From the IMG/VR virus record IMGVR_UViG_3300025065_000002: a DNA stretch of 60,000 nt, one strand, 5' to 3'. The notes under the pieces were generated by a model, which was not told where the DNA came from, ran no database searches, and saw nothing but the letters and a program-made list of their open reading frames with translations. Both the position numbers and the translations under genes were made by a program. This DNA comes from a virus. Below are positions 9,383 through 17,043 of this stretch, in pieces. The first letter of the stretch is position 1. Every line of letters begins with the position of its first letter.

Positions 9383-10026
9383 AAATGCCAGAATCAAACC
9401 AAGAAGTAACAAATACAGAAGGTAAAATCACTGGCGAAACCTCCGATGGTTATCATACTTTTAATGAGTTATACCATCATCGGATGGTTTTGTTCTCGAT
9501 TATCTGCAATAGCAATAAAGACAAGGCTTTTAAGTCGAAGCTACACGCTGACGGTACAATGTTCGATGACTACTTTATTGTTGGAGTCAATACGCCTGAA
9601 GGTCACTACACCTATCATTACCACATAAATAATTGGGATCGCTTCCAAGTCAAAGAGCTTGAACATGCGCCTGAATGGGATGGCCACCAGCCTTGCGATA
9701 TTGACAGACTTTTAACGCTAGAAAGTAGTGGCGACTGTCCTATTGAAGAAGGTGATGAGTTTGATTTTGGCTCAGCTATTTACTTGATGCAAAAGGGCGA
9801 GCGTGTCATGCGTGCTGGCTGGAATGGCAAAGGCATGTTTATTTACATCGTGCCAGCAGCAAGTTATCCAGCACAGCGCAATGCCAAGGGCGTATTAGTA
9901 GGTGACTATCCCAATGACATGGTTCCGTACAGCTCTTATATCGCTTTGAAGTCTGCTAGTGGCGAAGTGGTGCCATGGACTATTAGCCAGTCAGACGCAC
10001 TCGCAACCGACTGGTGCCTCGCCTAA
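9379..10026 (+). CDS. Fusion protein: WDGH-like N-terminal domain plus DUF2829 (Tad2-like) C-terminal domain
   Basis: N-terminal part: SDGYHTFNELYHHRMVLF...HADGTMFDDYFIVGV.TPEGHYTYHYH...PEWDGH. C-terminal part (about 9757-10023): FDFGSAIYLMQKGERVMRAGWNGKGMFIYIVP...PYSSYIALKSASGEVVPWTISQSDALATDW, which matches the DUF2829 consensus (GWNGKGM...PW..SQ.D.LA.DW). Confidence 0.78.
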   Translation: MKMPESNQEVTNTEGKITGETSDGYHTFNELYHHRMVLFSIICNSNKDKAFKSKLHADGTMFDDYFIVGVNTPEGHYTYHYHINNWDRFQVKELEHAPEWDGHQPCDIDRLLTLESSGDCPIEEGDEFDFGSAIYLMQKGERVMRAGWNGKGMFIYIVPAASYPAQRNAKGVLVGDYPNDMVPYSSYIALKSASGEVVPWTISQSDALATDWCLA

Positions 10027-10051
10027 ATAACACGCAGCAAAGGACAAATCA

Positions 10052-10618
10052 ATGACCATTAGATCAGCCTTCGGCAATGGCATTATCGCAATGGGCGGTT
10101 ATGTTGCCACCAAAGCCGCCGCATTATCTGCCTCAGATATCACCACGCCGTCGGTTGTTGAGGTGGTGCCAAAGAATAACGTGTACCTATTTCAAATGGC
10201 TGACCCATACCTATTGGTCGGCTTCACGGTTCCCAACTGGCTTGGCGTAGTGTTCTTTGTGATAGCGCTTATCTTTGGCACTATCGCTGGCATGAACCAA
10301 GAAACACCGATTGACGGTAAGTTTAAACGCGCTTATCTCAAGCCGTTTTATAGCTTGTCGTTTGGCATATTAGTGACCTTGTTTATCGTGCCAGCTTTTT
10401 ACCCTGACATTACTATCTGGAGCCTCATTGTTCCGGCTGGGTTTTTTGCCGCCATTGGTTCAGTGGTTATTTATTACGTGATTGCCTTCTTTACTGGCGA
10501 AAAATTATGGGCGCTTATCAATACAGAGGCCCACAGCTCTGCGCCTGACATGATAAAAGCTGTCTTTGGTTACTTCAAAGGTATCTTGATGGCGTTTATC
10601 GGGAGGAATGATAAATGA
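10052..10618 (+). CDS. Multi-pass membrane protein of the lysis cassette (holin/antiholin candidate)
   Basis: AAAGGA RBS before ATG 10052. There are 4-5 hydrophobic helices (e.g. WLGVVFFVIALIFGTIAG, FGILVTLFIVPAF, LIVPAGFFAAIGSVVIYYVIAFF). The stop overlaps the next start. Confidence 0.65.
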   Translation: MTIRSAFGNGIIAMGGYVATKAAALSASDITTPSVVEVVPKNNVYLFQMADPYLLVGFTVPNWLGVVFFVIALIFGTIAGMNQETPIDGKFKRAYLKPFYSLSFGILVTLFIVPAFYPDITIWSLIVPAGFFAAIGSVVIYYVIAFFTGEKLWALINTEAHSSAPDMIKAVFGYFKGILMAFIGRNDK

Positions 10619-10950
10619 TCATCTTTAACTTAGCGTTTTTTAATACCTTGCTTGCTCTCATTGGCATCATCGGCTGGAGCTGGGTATGGTGGTTTGGCAA
10701 GTACAAGACTGGCTGCAATGCTCGCATTCAGATGGGCGTCATCTTACTTGGCGTCGTGTGGGTGATGTTGTTTTTGGCTGATACTGTTCAGGACTTGGTG
10801 CCAACCAGTTTAACCGTGGTCAGTCGAGCGCTGGTATTAATTGGCTTATGGTGCTGTATGCCACTGCTTAAAAAGCAAGTGGAAACGCTAGAGCCCAGTG
10901 CGCCAGAAGTCAAGATTAAAAAAATTCGTATTAGAGGTAAATCATTATGA
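10615..10950 (+). CDS. Holin candidate (three TM helices, charged C-terminus)
   Basis: Hydrophobic segments are FNLAFFNTLLALIGIIGWSWVWWF, MGVILLGVVWVMLFL and ALVLIGLWCCMPLL, with the tail KIKKIRIRGKSL. It sits immediately upstream of the endolysin with an ATGA overlap. Confidence 0.6.
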   Translation: MIIFNLAFFNTLLALIGIIGWSWVWWFGKYKTGCNARIQMGVILLGVVWVMLFLADTVQDLVPTSLTVVSRALVLIGLWCCMPLLKKQVETLEPSAPEVKIKKIRIRGKSL

Positions 10951-11819
10951 CAAGCCAAGCCGTTACCGATACTGCTATTTTTGCAAAACTGCGTGAGCAT
11001 CTAGCGCCAACCAAGTTGTCGCAACTGATTGTCGATATCACCAACCAGGCCATGACTGATAATACGTTTCGTGGTGAACTCATTGAGCGCTTAGAGCTGT
11101 CAGTTAAAGAGGTTGAGATTGATGCTGGCAAGCGGCCTTATAATTTGACGATTGAAACACTTAAAAAAGTTGATCCAAACGTCAATCCAGCGGCGGTCGA
11201 AATACTTTTAAGACTGGGGCCACAGTACGGCATTATTACCAAGAAGCAAATGTGCTCATTTATCGCTAACTGTATTCATGAGTCAAGCGCATTCAATGCT
11301 AAACGCGAGAGTTTTAATTATCGCCCTGAGCGCTTGCGAGCTGTATTCCCTAGCAGGATTAAGTCTATTGCAGACGCCAAGGCGCTACTGGCAAAAGGGC
11401 AGGTCGCTGTTGCCAACTATTTGTATGGTGGTCGCTATGGCAATCGCCCTAACACCAATGACGGCTGGCATTATCGCGGTGGCGGCTGGACTGGGAACAC
11501 TTTCCGCGATAATTATTTTATTTTGCAAAATATGACCGGCATTAAGTTTGGGGACAATCCTAAACTGATTGAAGACATGGAAAACGCGGCCATCGCTGCA
11601 ATGGAATTTTGGCGTATCAATGGCTGCAATGAAAAGGCTGAAAAGATTAATACTTACTCGAACGGCTATACGCTTAATACACTAAACAGTAAAGGCATTG
11701 AAACCAAAGACTATAAGATGAATTATGGCGCTCGTATTATCCGTCAAACGGTCAATGGTGGCTTGAATGGTTATACCGAGTTTTGCCAAGCGCTTGAGAA
11801 GTGTTTGCGGTATTTATAG
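10947..11819 (+). CDS. Endolysin, glycoside hydrolase family 19 (chitinase-like) with about 90-aa N-terminal extension
   Basis: CIHESSAFNAKRESFNY (two Glu with GH19 spacing), ANYLYGGRYGN and GWHYRGGGWTGNTFRDNY. It follows the holin candidates. Confidence 0.8.
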   Translation: MTSQAVTDTAIFAKLREHLAPTKLSQLIVDITNQAMTDNTFRGELIERLELSVKEVEIDAGKRPYNLTIETLKKVDPNVNPAAVEILLRLGPQYGIITKKQMCSFIANCIHESSAFNAKRESFNYRPERLRAVFPSRIKSIADAKALLAKGQVAVANYLYGGRYGNRPNTNDGWHYRGGGWTGNTFRDNYFILQNMTGIKFGDNPKLIEDMENAAIAAMEFWRINGCNEKAEKINTYSNGYTLNTLNSKGIETKDYKMNYGARIIRQTVNGGLNGYTEFCQALEKCLRYL

Positions 11820-11850
11820 CTAAACATAGCTAACTTTAGCTATGTTTAGC
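11819..11850. repeat. Perfect 14-bp inverted repeat (gctaaacatagcta / tagctatgtttagc) overlapping the endolysin stop
   Basis: Arms at 11819-11832 and 11837-11850 with a 4-nt spacer. It contains ATAGCTA units related to the ATAGTTA units at 12471-12622. Confidence 0.8.
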
Positions 11851-11901
11851 TGCTATAATAGCTACACAAAACAAAATAGCCTCCATATCTGTTATGTTTT
11901 C

Positions 11902-11931
11902 GCCCATCTATTAATTTAGATGGGCTTTTTT
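11902..11931 (+). terminator. Intrinsic terminator ending the late transcript
   Basis: Stem gcccatcta / tagatgggc (9 bp), loop ttaatt, then a T6 run. Confidence 0.85.
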
Positions 11932-11943
11932 ATTGCCAAAATT

Positions 11944-11995
11944 TTGCGTTCATGAACGCAAGAACGCAAATGAACGCAAATGAACGCAAAAACGC
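11944..11995. repeat. TGAACGCAA array: 18-bp perfect palindrome plus three further direct copies
   Basis: ttgcgttcatgaacgcaa (11944-11961) is followed by gaacgcaaa, tgaacgcaaa, tgaacgcaaa and aacgc. Confidence 0.85.
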
Positions 11996-12038
11996 TGAAA
12001 CCCTTATAGATCAGCCGGGAGCCATAAGAATAGCAATA

Positions 12039-12113
12039 TCTAAACTTTGTCTAAGTTGGTCTAAGTTGGTCTAAAACCACACCTCAATGTCTAAACTACC
12101 CTAAAAGTTAGAC
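12039..12113. repeat. Helically phased (G)TCTAA array
   Basis: TCTAA or CCTAA units start at 12039, 12050, 12060, 12070, 12090 and 12100 (10-bp register, including ttggtctaag x2 then ttggtctaaa). An inverted ttagac lies at 12108-12113. Confidence 0.8.
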
Positions 12114-12154
12114 GTAAAAAAGCCGCTAGATATTAGCCTTTCTAGCGGCTTTTT
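12114..12154. terminator. Bidirectional intrinsic terminator-like hairpin
   Basis: An A-run, then stem gccgctaga (12122-12130) / tctagcggc (12141-12149), then a T5 run. Confidence 0.7.
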
Positions 12155-12449
12155 GCCTCACAATACCTTAGTACAACTTTACGGGTATCAATCGGATGAC
12201 TCATGCGCGGTGAGAAGTATAAGGAAACGCACATCATCTGCCAGTGTTTTTGCATGTCGTAGCACCGCTGGTCTGACTACGTTCGCTCTATCTGGAAACC
12301 CAGCCCTAGCGACTAGGGATTACTGCGTCAATCAACTACAAGGAATGGTGATAATCATAGCACGCTATTACCTAACACACCATAGACACACAAAAATAAA
12401 ACAACTTAAATTATATCTTTTAAATCATGCGCTTGTTAAACCGTGTGCG

Positions 12450-12467
12450 CTCCCGCCATCTCCACCA
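12450..12467 (+). other. attP core candidate: mimic of the 3-prime end of tmRNA (ssrA)
   Basis: ctcccgccatctccacca matches 17 of 18 nt of my recollection of the E. coli ssrA 3-prime end (CTCCCGCCAGCTCCACCA). It covers the T-stem 3-prime half CCCGC, the acceptor strand and ACCA. No complete T-arm or tRNA-like body lies upstream. Confidence 0.55.
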
Positions 12468-12470
12468 TAT

Positions 12471-12622
12471 ATAGTTAGACAATGTAAAACATAGTTAAAC
12501 AAAGCAAGACGTAAAAACCTACTAAACCCCTTAAAACACTACGTTTCAAGGGGTTTTTAGTGCCTAAGCCCATGTTAATAAAGCATAGTTGAGCATTGAC
12601 AAACATAGTTAAGCATAGTATT
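12471..12622. repeat. ATAGTTA arm-type repeat family
   Basis: atagtta(g/a)a at 12471, 12491 and 12605; atagttga at 12585; atagtatt at 12615. All lie between the core and int. Confidence 0.7.
12527..12558 (+). terminator. Intrinsic terminator-like hairpin downstream of the tmRNA-like core
   Basis: Stem cccctt (12527-12532) / aagggg (12548-12553), then a T5 run. The loop is long (15 nt). Confidence 0.5.
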
Positions 12623-12624
12623 AA
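12596..12624 (+). promoter_or_regulatory. Candidate int promoter
   Basis: TTGACA (12596-12601), a 17-nt spacer, then TATTAA (12619-12624). It overlaps two ATAGTTA repeats. Confidence 0.45.
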
Positions 12625-12667
12625 TGCACACAACACACACACGTATTGACACACGGAATTGGCAACC

Positions 12668-13813
12668 ATGATAACCAAAGACGCACAAGTAAAAGCCCTA
12701 AAACCAGAGGATAAGCGCTACTCAAAATCGTTAGGCGATGGTTTATCTATCGATGTTATGCCGTCTGGAAAAAAGTCATGGGTGCTGGCTTATGTTAAGG
12801 CTGGCAAGCGCACACGAACTAAGCTTGGCACATATCCAGTGTTATCACTTAAAGATGCTCGCACGCTCGCGCAAGAAATGCAGCGCCAAGCCATCATGGG
12901 TTATAACGACATACTGGTTGAGGGTTTAGTGCAAGAATGGCTATCTGTGTACTCGCCAGCATGGACAAGCCAAAAGTATCACGATACGGTCGTGTATCGA
13001 CTAGAATTAGTGACACACCGCATTGCAAAGGTAAAAGCGAACGATGTTAATCGCGCCATGATATCGAACGAGATCAGCTTACTTATCGCCAACGGCACCA
13101 TAGAGACAGCAAACCGATGTTTGCGTCTGCTTAACTCATTGTTTGACTATGCGCTGGCCAAAGACTATGTTCAGAATAATCCTTGCTCATTGGTTAGTAA
13201 GATGATACCGTCGCGCAAAGTGATTAACATGCCTTGTCTGCCTATTACTGAAATGCCAAAATTTTGGACCAAGCTTAATTATATGGATATGCAGTTTGAG
13301 ACAAAACAGGCAATCGCTTTATATAACTACCTTGCCTGCCGCCCAAGTGAGCTTGCAAAGGCAAGATGGGATACGGGAGAGTTTGATTTAGATAATGGTG
13401 TGTGGTTGATACCAGCACACAGAATGAAGATGCGCCAAGAGCACATGATACCGCTGACTGAAAAACCATTAGAGATATTGCGCGAGATTTACGCTAATCG
13501 TACCAATGATGAGTATGTGTTTAAGAAAAAGAACAAGCCATGGGAACACATGCCAACCGAAACGCCACTGGCAGCAATCAAGCGTGCGGCTGGGGCTGGC
13601 AAGATGACCACACACGGCTTTAGGTCATTATTATCGACGCACGCCAACGCCTCAAAAGAGTTCGATAAGGATGTTATCGAGCGTCACCTGGCACACGTAC
13701 CGGAGAATAAAGGCCGCTTTGCCTACAATCGCGCTGACTACTGGGACGAGCGCGTTCGTCTTATGGAATGGTGGTCAGATATTGTTACACCTTGGATTTA
13801 TGGACAGGCATAA
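12668..13813 (+). CDS. int: Tyrosine integrase, P4-like (DUF4102-type N-terminal arm-binding domain)
   Basis: The N-terminus KDAQVKALKPEDKRYSKSLGDGLSIDVMPSGKKSWVLAY...LGTYPVLSLKDAR is typical of P4-type integrases. The C-terminus has HGFRSLLSTHA, ERHLAH and Y in FAYNRADYW. The track starts at TTG 12659; I prefer ATG 12668. Confidence 0.9.
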   Translation: MITKDAQVKALKPEDKRYSKSLGDGLSIDVMPSGKKSWVLAYVKAGKRTRTKLGTYPVLSLKDARTLAQEMQRQAIMGYNDILVEGLVQEWLSVYSPAWTSQKYHDTVVYRLELVTHRIAKVKANDVNRAMISNEISLLIANGTIETANRCLRLLNSLFDYALAKDYVQNNPCSLVSKMIPSRKVINMPCLPITEMPKFWTKLNYMDMQFETKQAIALYNYLACRPSELAKARWDTGEFDLDNGVWLIPAHRMKMRQEHMIPLTEKPLEILREIYANRTNDEYVFKKKNKPWEHMPTETPLAAIKRAAGAGKMTTHGFRSLLSTHANASKEFDKDVIERHLAHVPENKGRFAYNRADYWDERVRLMEWWSDIVTPWIYGQA

Positions 13814-13834
13814 AAAAAGGCGCATTAAGCGCCT
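13812..13834 (-). terminator. Intrinsic terminator of the leftward early operon
   Basis: On the minus strand: stem ggcgc / gcgcc with a 5-nt loop, followed by a U7 run (A-run 13812-13818 on the plus strand). Confidence 0.7.
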
Positions 13835-14025
13835 TCCTCGTCTGTAATATCTTCATCGGAAAATTCTATCTCTTTTATTCTATCGACCGTTGATTGCTTC
13901 CACCATTTTAACTGCTTATTGGTTCTGTCTGGCGGGTACTGGTCCATATAGTTATCGCGAAAGGTGCGAGGGTCTTTAAACCCTAACTCTCTTGCTGTTT
14001 CTGTCATACTCAACCATCTAATCAT
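13825..14025 (-). CDS. Excisionase/DNA-binding protein candidate
   Basis: A small protein adjacent to int and convergent with it. It has an HTH-like segment MTETARELGFKDPRTFRDNYMD and an acidic tail. Confidence 0.55.
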   Translation of the reverse strand: MIRWLSMTETARELGFKDPRTFRDNYMDQYPPDRTNKQLKWWKQSTVDRIKEIEFSDEDITDEEGA

Positions 14026-14037
14026 TATCGCTCTCCA

Positions 14038-14184
14038 TCAAGCCATATTAAAAGAAACACTTGCTTCAACATCAAACTCAGTTTGGCAGTCGTTGCAAGT
14101 CGCGGTCAGTATTTCACCGTCCATAACCAACACGCTACTTACTTCATAACCACCGCCACATTCCGGACAATTAGCATCACCCAT
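14038..14184 (-). CDS. 48-aa zinc-ribbon protein (below the ORF-track length cut-off)
   Basis: My translation is MGDANCPECGGGYEVSSVLVMDGEILTATCNDCQTEFDVEASVSFNMA, with CxxC...CxxC. An AGGAG RBS lies 5 nt upstream. The ORF fills the gap between two operon genes. Confidence 0.55.
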   Translation of the reverse strand: MGDANCPECGGGYEVSSVLVMDGEILTATCNDCQTEFDVEASVSFNMA

Positions 14185-14193
14185 ATCAATCTC

Positions 14194-14952
14194 CTACACG
14201 TTAATATTAATATTGCCGGTTATGGCATCAAGACACGCCTTAACCAGATAAGCGTTGTCGTGATTTTTTATAATCCACTGTAAGTAACTGCGATCAGTGA
14301 CCGCTATATCTTTGATAGATTTACCTTGGTGCTTACCAAACGTGAAAGTAAGCGGAATCCGCGCTTCCTCGCTGGCAAGATACAACTGCTCCATGCTATC
14401 GATATTACCCAGCTCGCATAGGTGCTCTAGCAGCCATAGCGTAAACGTCACATCCCAACCAGCATTGTGAGCATTGCGGCAATACTGGCGCGCTAAATCA
14501 GGATTGATAGCATAGGTGAGTGCGCCTAGTGAGTGACTATCTAAGTCTGGTAGTAATCGACGTGCCAGCGCTTGCGTACAAATACGTTTGTACTGGCTAA
14601 CATCAACGCCAGCATTGGCCGCAACTTGGATGTCGAAGTCTGCATTGTGAGCGATGATGTAAGCTTCACCGACTGGCAGATATTGCGGTACCACTATCTT
14701 ATGATTGCGATAATCTTTTACGTCGTCTGGCGTAATGTGACTGACTGCCATCGCACCGTAGCTGATACGGCGGTCAGGGCAACAGTTGATAGTGTGACTA
14801 GGTACGCCGTCACCAATATCGCTATACATCTTTTCAGCGACGATATAACCATCTTCATGAAAGCGTATATTGCGATACCCAAGCTGTGTAGCTTCTGCTT
14901 CCTTGCTAACATCCGTTGCTTCAAAATCTATAATCATTGCTGGCGTGTTCAT
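14194..14952 (-). CDS. DEDDh (DnaQ/ExoX-like) 3-5 exonuclease with DUF3820-like C-terminal tail
   Basis: IIDFEATD (Exo I), IIAHNADFD (Exo II), HNAGWD (H-x4-D, Exo III). The C-terminus is FGKHQGKSIKDIAVTDRSYLQWI. Confidence 0.8.
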   Translation of the reverse strand: MNTPAMIIDFEATDVSKEAEATQLGYRNIRFHEDGYIVAEKMYSDIGDGVPSHTINCCPDRRISYGAMAVSHITPDDVKDYRNHKIVVPQYLPVGEAYIIAHNADFDIQVAANAGVDVSQYKRICTQALARRLLPDLDSHSLGALTYAINPDLARQYCRNAHNAGWDVTFTLWLLEHLCELGNIDSMEQLYLASEEARIPLTFTFGKHQGKSIKDIAVTDRSYLQWIIKNHDNAYLVKACLDAITGNININV

Positions 14953-15485
14953 ACTTTTGCTTCCTTAGTAAATTCATCCCATAGGTATTCATGGTCAAAC
15001 GGCTGCACCACACCCATAACTGGCACTTTCTTTTCTTGCTCAGCTTTGAGCGCTTCAACGTCAATTTCTTTAGGAAACTTAGACATATCTTTTTGCGCTC
15101 GCACCACAACATACGACTTACTCATAATGACTGCACCGCTACCATTCCTTGCTGCATCAAACGCCATGTTTGCCGCGTCTGGTATCGTGCGTCTATCGCC
15201 GTAACCCTGATAGTCAATCGTGGCACAGTACATTTCACCATCTGCCATACATACATGACCAGTGACGACAAACTTACGCGGCGATTCTAGTATCTCTTTG
15301 CGCACTTTCGGGTTAACCCAGTCATCAAAGTATTCAGTTCGATTTCTAACCTGATCGCCAGTGAGTGAGGTATCGAGGGGAATTTTCATGTAACCTTCGT
15401 ACATTTCCGGCTTGCCAGCTTTAACCTGGTTCGCCTTTTTGACTGCCGCCTTCTTGCGCTTATCACGGTTTTTAATCTTTGCCAT
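14949..15485 (-). CDS. Hypothetical protein with basic N-terminus
   Basis: ORF in the track with AGGAGG-like RBS (ggaggcattacc before the ATG). Its stop overlaps the next start. Confidence 0.65.
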   Translation of the reverse strand: MAKIKNRDKRKKAAVKKANQVKAGKPEMYEGYMKIPLDTSLTGDQVRNRTEYFDDWVNPKVRKEILESPRKFVVTGHVCMADGEMYCATIDYQGYGDRRTIPDAANMAFDAARNGSGAVIMSKSYVVVRAQKDMSKFPKEIDVEALKAEQEKKVPVMGVVQPFDHEYLWDEFTKEAKV

Positions 15486-15497
15486 TGGTAATGCCTC

Positions 15498-15842
15498 CTA
15501 GTGCTTGCCAGCTACATGATGCAAGTTAATATCTTGACCTTGCTCTCGCGCTTGCTGTATAGAATTATCCATTTGGCGAGTTAGGTTGGTGATAAGCTCC
15601 ATCATTAGCAGCATAGGCTTTTCGATTGAGCCGTCCTTAACCAAGTAATCAAAGTTTTGAGCCAATGCAGATGCTTGTATGCTCATCATCATTGACGCCG
15701 TACCAGCACAAAGTATCGATAGTCTGTCGCTATCATCTGTAAGCGTTGAGATAACTACCATTGCTTGCGCTCTGTCGTCGCCAGTGACTTCATTGAAGTT
15801 GTCAATCAAGCTCTGAGATTCTTTTTCGATATTCTTATCCAT
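15498..15842 (-). CDS. Hypothetical protein
   Basis: ORF in the track, in operon context with tight spacing to the downstream gene. Confidence 0.6.
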   Translation of the reverse strand: MDKNIEKESQSLIDNFNEVTGDDRAQAMVVISTLTDDSDRLSILCAGTASMMMSIQASALAQNFDYLVKDGSIEKPMLLMMELITNLTRQMDNSIQQAREQGQDINLHHVAGKH

Positions 15843-15986
15843 AGTATTTCTTCCGTAGTAGTTGAAAATAAGGTGTTTAGGCTGGCAGTTGTCCTTTCAA
15901 ACTAACCCCAGCGTCATAGCCTTGGTGAGCCATCGCCTCACCAACTAGCTGATACCAGTTGCCTAAACGATTGATGGTTTATTCAA

Positions 15987-16418
15987 TTAATACTTTTTAC
16001 CGCCGTCTTTGACACGGTTTTCCATCTTATGATCTGCACGCTGGGCGTTGTAAGCCAGTTTTTCAGCGATAGCGCCGCCTAGGTCGTAACCTTTCCCGCC
16101 AGCCAAGTCGCAAATGCGGATAACTGCATCCGCTAATTCAACTTCCATCATTCTTCGGTGCGGTAGATGGTCGTCCATCAAGCCTTTACGATCACCTTCC
16201 ATTGCCTCGCTAAGCTCACTTACGCACAGCATTAGCATCTGACCGGTGTTGCGTTTCATACCACTGCCGTCAGCATCGCCTAGGTACTCGCCAGTCTCAG
16301 GGCAAGTCCACCAGCCGCCGTTAATACTAGCTGTGTGGCAAGCGTCCTGTAATAGCATTACGGCGTCAGCAAGTGGCTGGCCTGTTAAAACTGGGGTTAA
16401 GTCTTTCTTAGAGTCCAT
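15987..16418 (-). CDS. MazG-like nucleoside triphosphate pyrophosphohydrolase
   Basis: LMLCVSELSEAMEGDRKG...EVELADAVIRICDLAG...IAEKLAYNAQR is the all-alpha NTP-PPase EExxE/D pattern. Confidence 0.72.
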   Translation of the reverse strand: MDSKKDLTPVLTGQPLADAVMLLQDACHTASINGGWWTCPETGEYLGDADGSGMKRNTGQMLMLCVSELSEAMEGDRKGLMDDHLPHRRMMEVELADAVIRICDLAGGKGYDLGGAIAEKLAYNAQRADHKMENRVKDGGKKY

Positions 16419-16481
16419 GATTTTTACCTTTAAGTAGAAGTAGGGCAGCTTACGGCTGCAAATCGGTATTCCAAAAATTAA

Positions 16482-17042
16482 CTAGCCAGCAAAATAAGGG
16501 GCGAATGGAATATCGTCGTCTACCGGACCAGGTGGCATACTTGTTTGCTGCTGATTGTTCGCTGGTGCGTTATTGCTTTGCTGTGTTTGTGGCGGCTGAC
16601 CTTGGCTGGTCATCTGGTTATTAAAACCTTGCTGCTGATTTTGCGACTGATTATTCTGATAACCTTGCGCTGGCTGGTTGTAATTGCCTTGCTGATTGTT
16701 ACTGCCACTAGCGCCATCTAGCATTTGCATCTGGTCAGCGCGTATCTCAGTCACGTAGCGGTCAGTACCGTCGTCAGCTTGATACTTACGGGTGCGTAGA
16801 CTGCCTTCGATGTAAACTTTTGAGCCTTTACGCAAATACTGTGCTGCAATCTCACCCAAGCGATTAAACAGTGATATGCGATGCCATTCGGTAGCTTCAC
16901 GTTTTTCACCAGATTGTTTATCGGTCCACTGCTCAGACGTAGCGACTGAGATATTGGTCACGCTACCACCATTACTGAATTGTCGGTGCTCAGGGTCGTT
17001 CCCAAGATTGCCAATGATTAGGACTTTATTAACTCCGCGCAT
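16482..17042 (-). CDS. ssb: Single-stranded DNA-binding protein
   Basis: [18 protein letters not shown]...[37 protein letters not shown], then a Q/N/G-rich linker and a C-terminal DDDIPF tip. Confidence 0.95.
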   Translation of the reverse strand: MRGVNKVLIIGNLGNDPEHRQFSNGGSVTNISVATSEQWTDKQSGEKREATEWHRISLFNRLGEIAAQYLRKGSKVYIEGSLRTRKYQADDGTDRYVTEIRADQMQMLDGASGSNNQQGNYNQPAQGYQNNQSQNQQQGFNNQMTSQGQPPQTQQSNNAPANNQQQTSMPPGPVDDDIPFAPYFAG

Positions 17043-17043
17043 C

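Larger units (their letters stand above)
11820..12660 (+). mobile_element. attP region (arm repeats, core, int promoter)
   Basis: An 840-nt stretch with no convincing coding ORF sits directly upstream of the integrase. It is packed with three families of short repeats and an 18-nt tmRNA 3-prime-end-like core. Confidence 0.65.

Noticed and set aside
11278-11535. 85-aa ORF embedded out of frame in the endolysin gene, with a lipobox-like LSAC and a C-terminal hydrophobic stretch (unimolecular-spanin-like layout)
   Set aside because: The segment between the putative lipidated Cys and the TM is only about 25 residues, too short to span a periplasm. There is no RBS, and the composition looks like an off-frame artefact. 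It is worth only a quick LipoP/TMHMM check.
12153-12494. 113-aa ORF in the attP region
   Set aside because: It has no RBS and odd composition. It spans the tmRNA-like core and lies between terminators. I treat the region as non-coding attP DNA. I also compared it by eye with the tmRNA body and saw no similarity beyond the 18-nt core, so it is not a tmRNA or tRNA gene.
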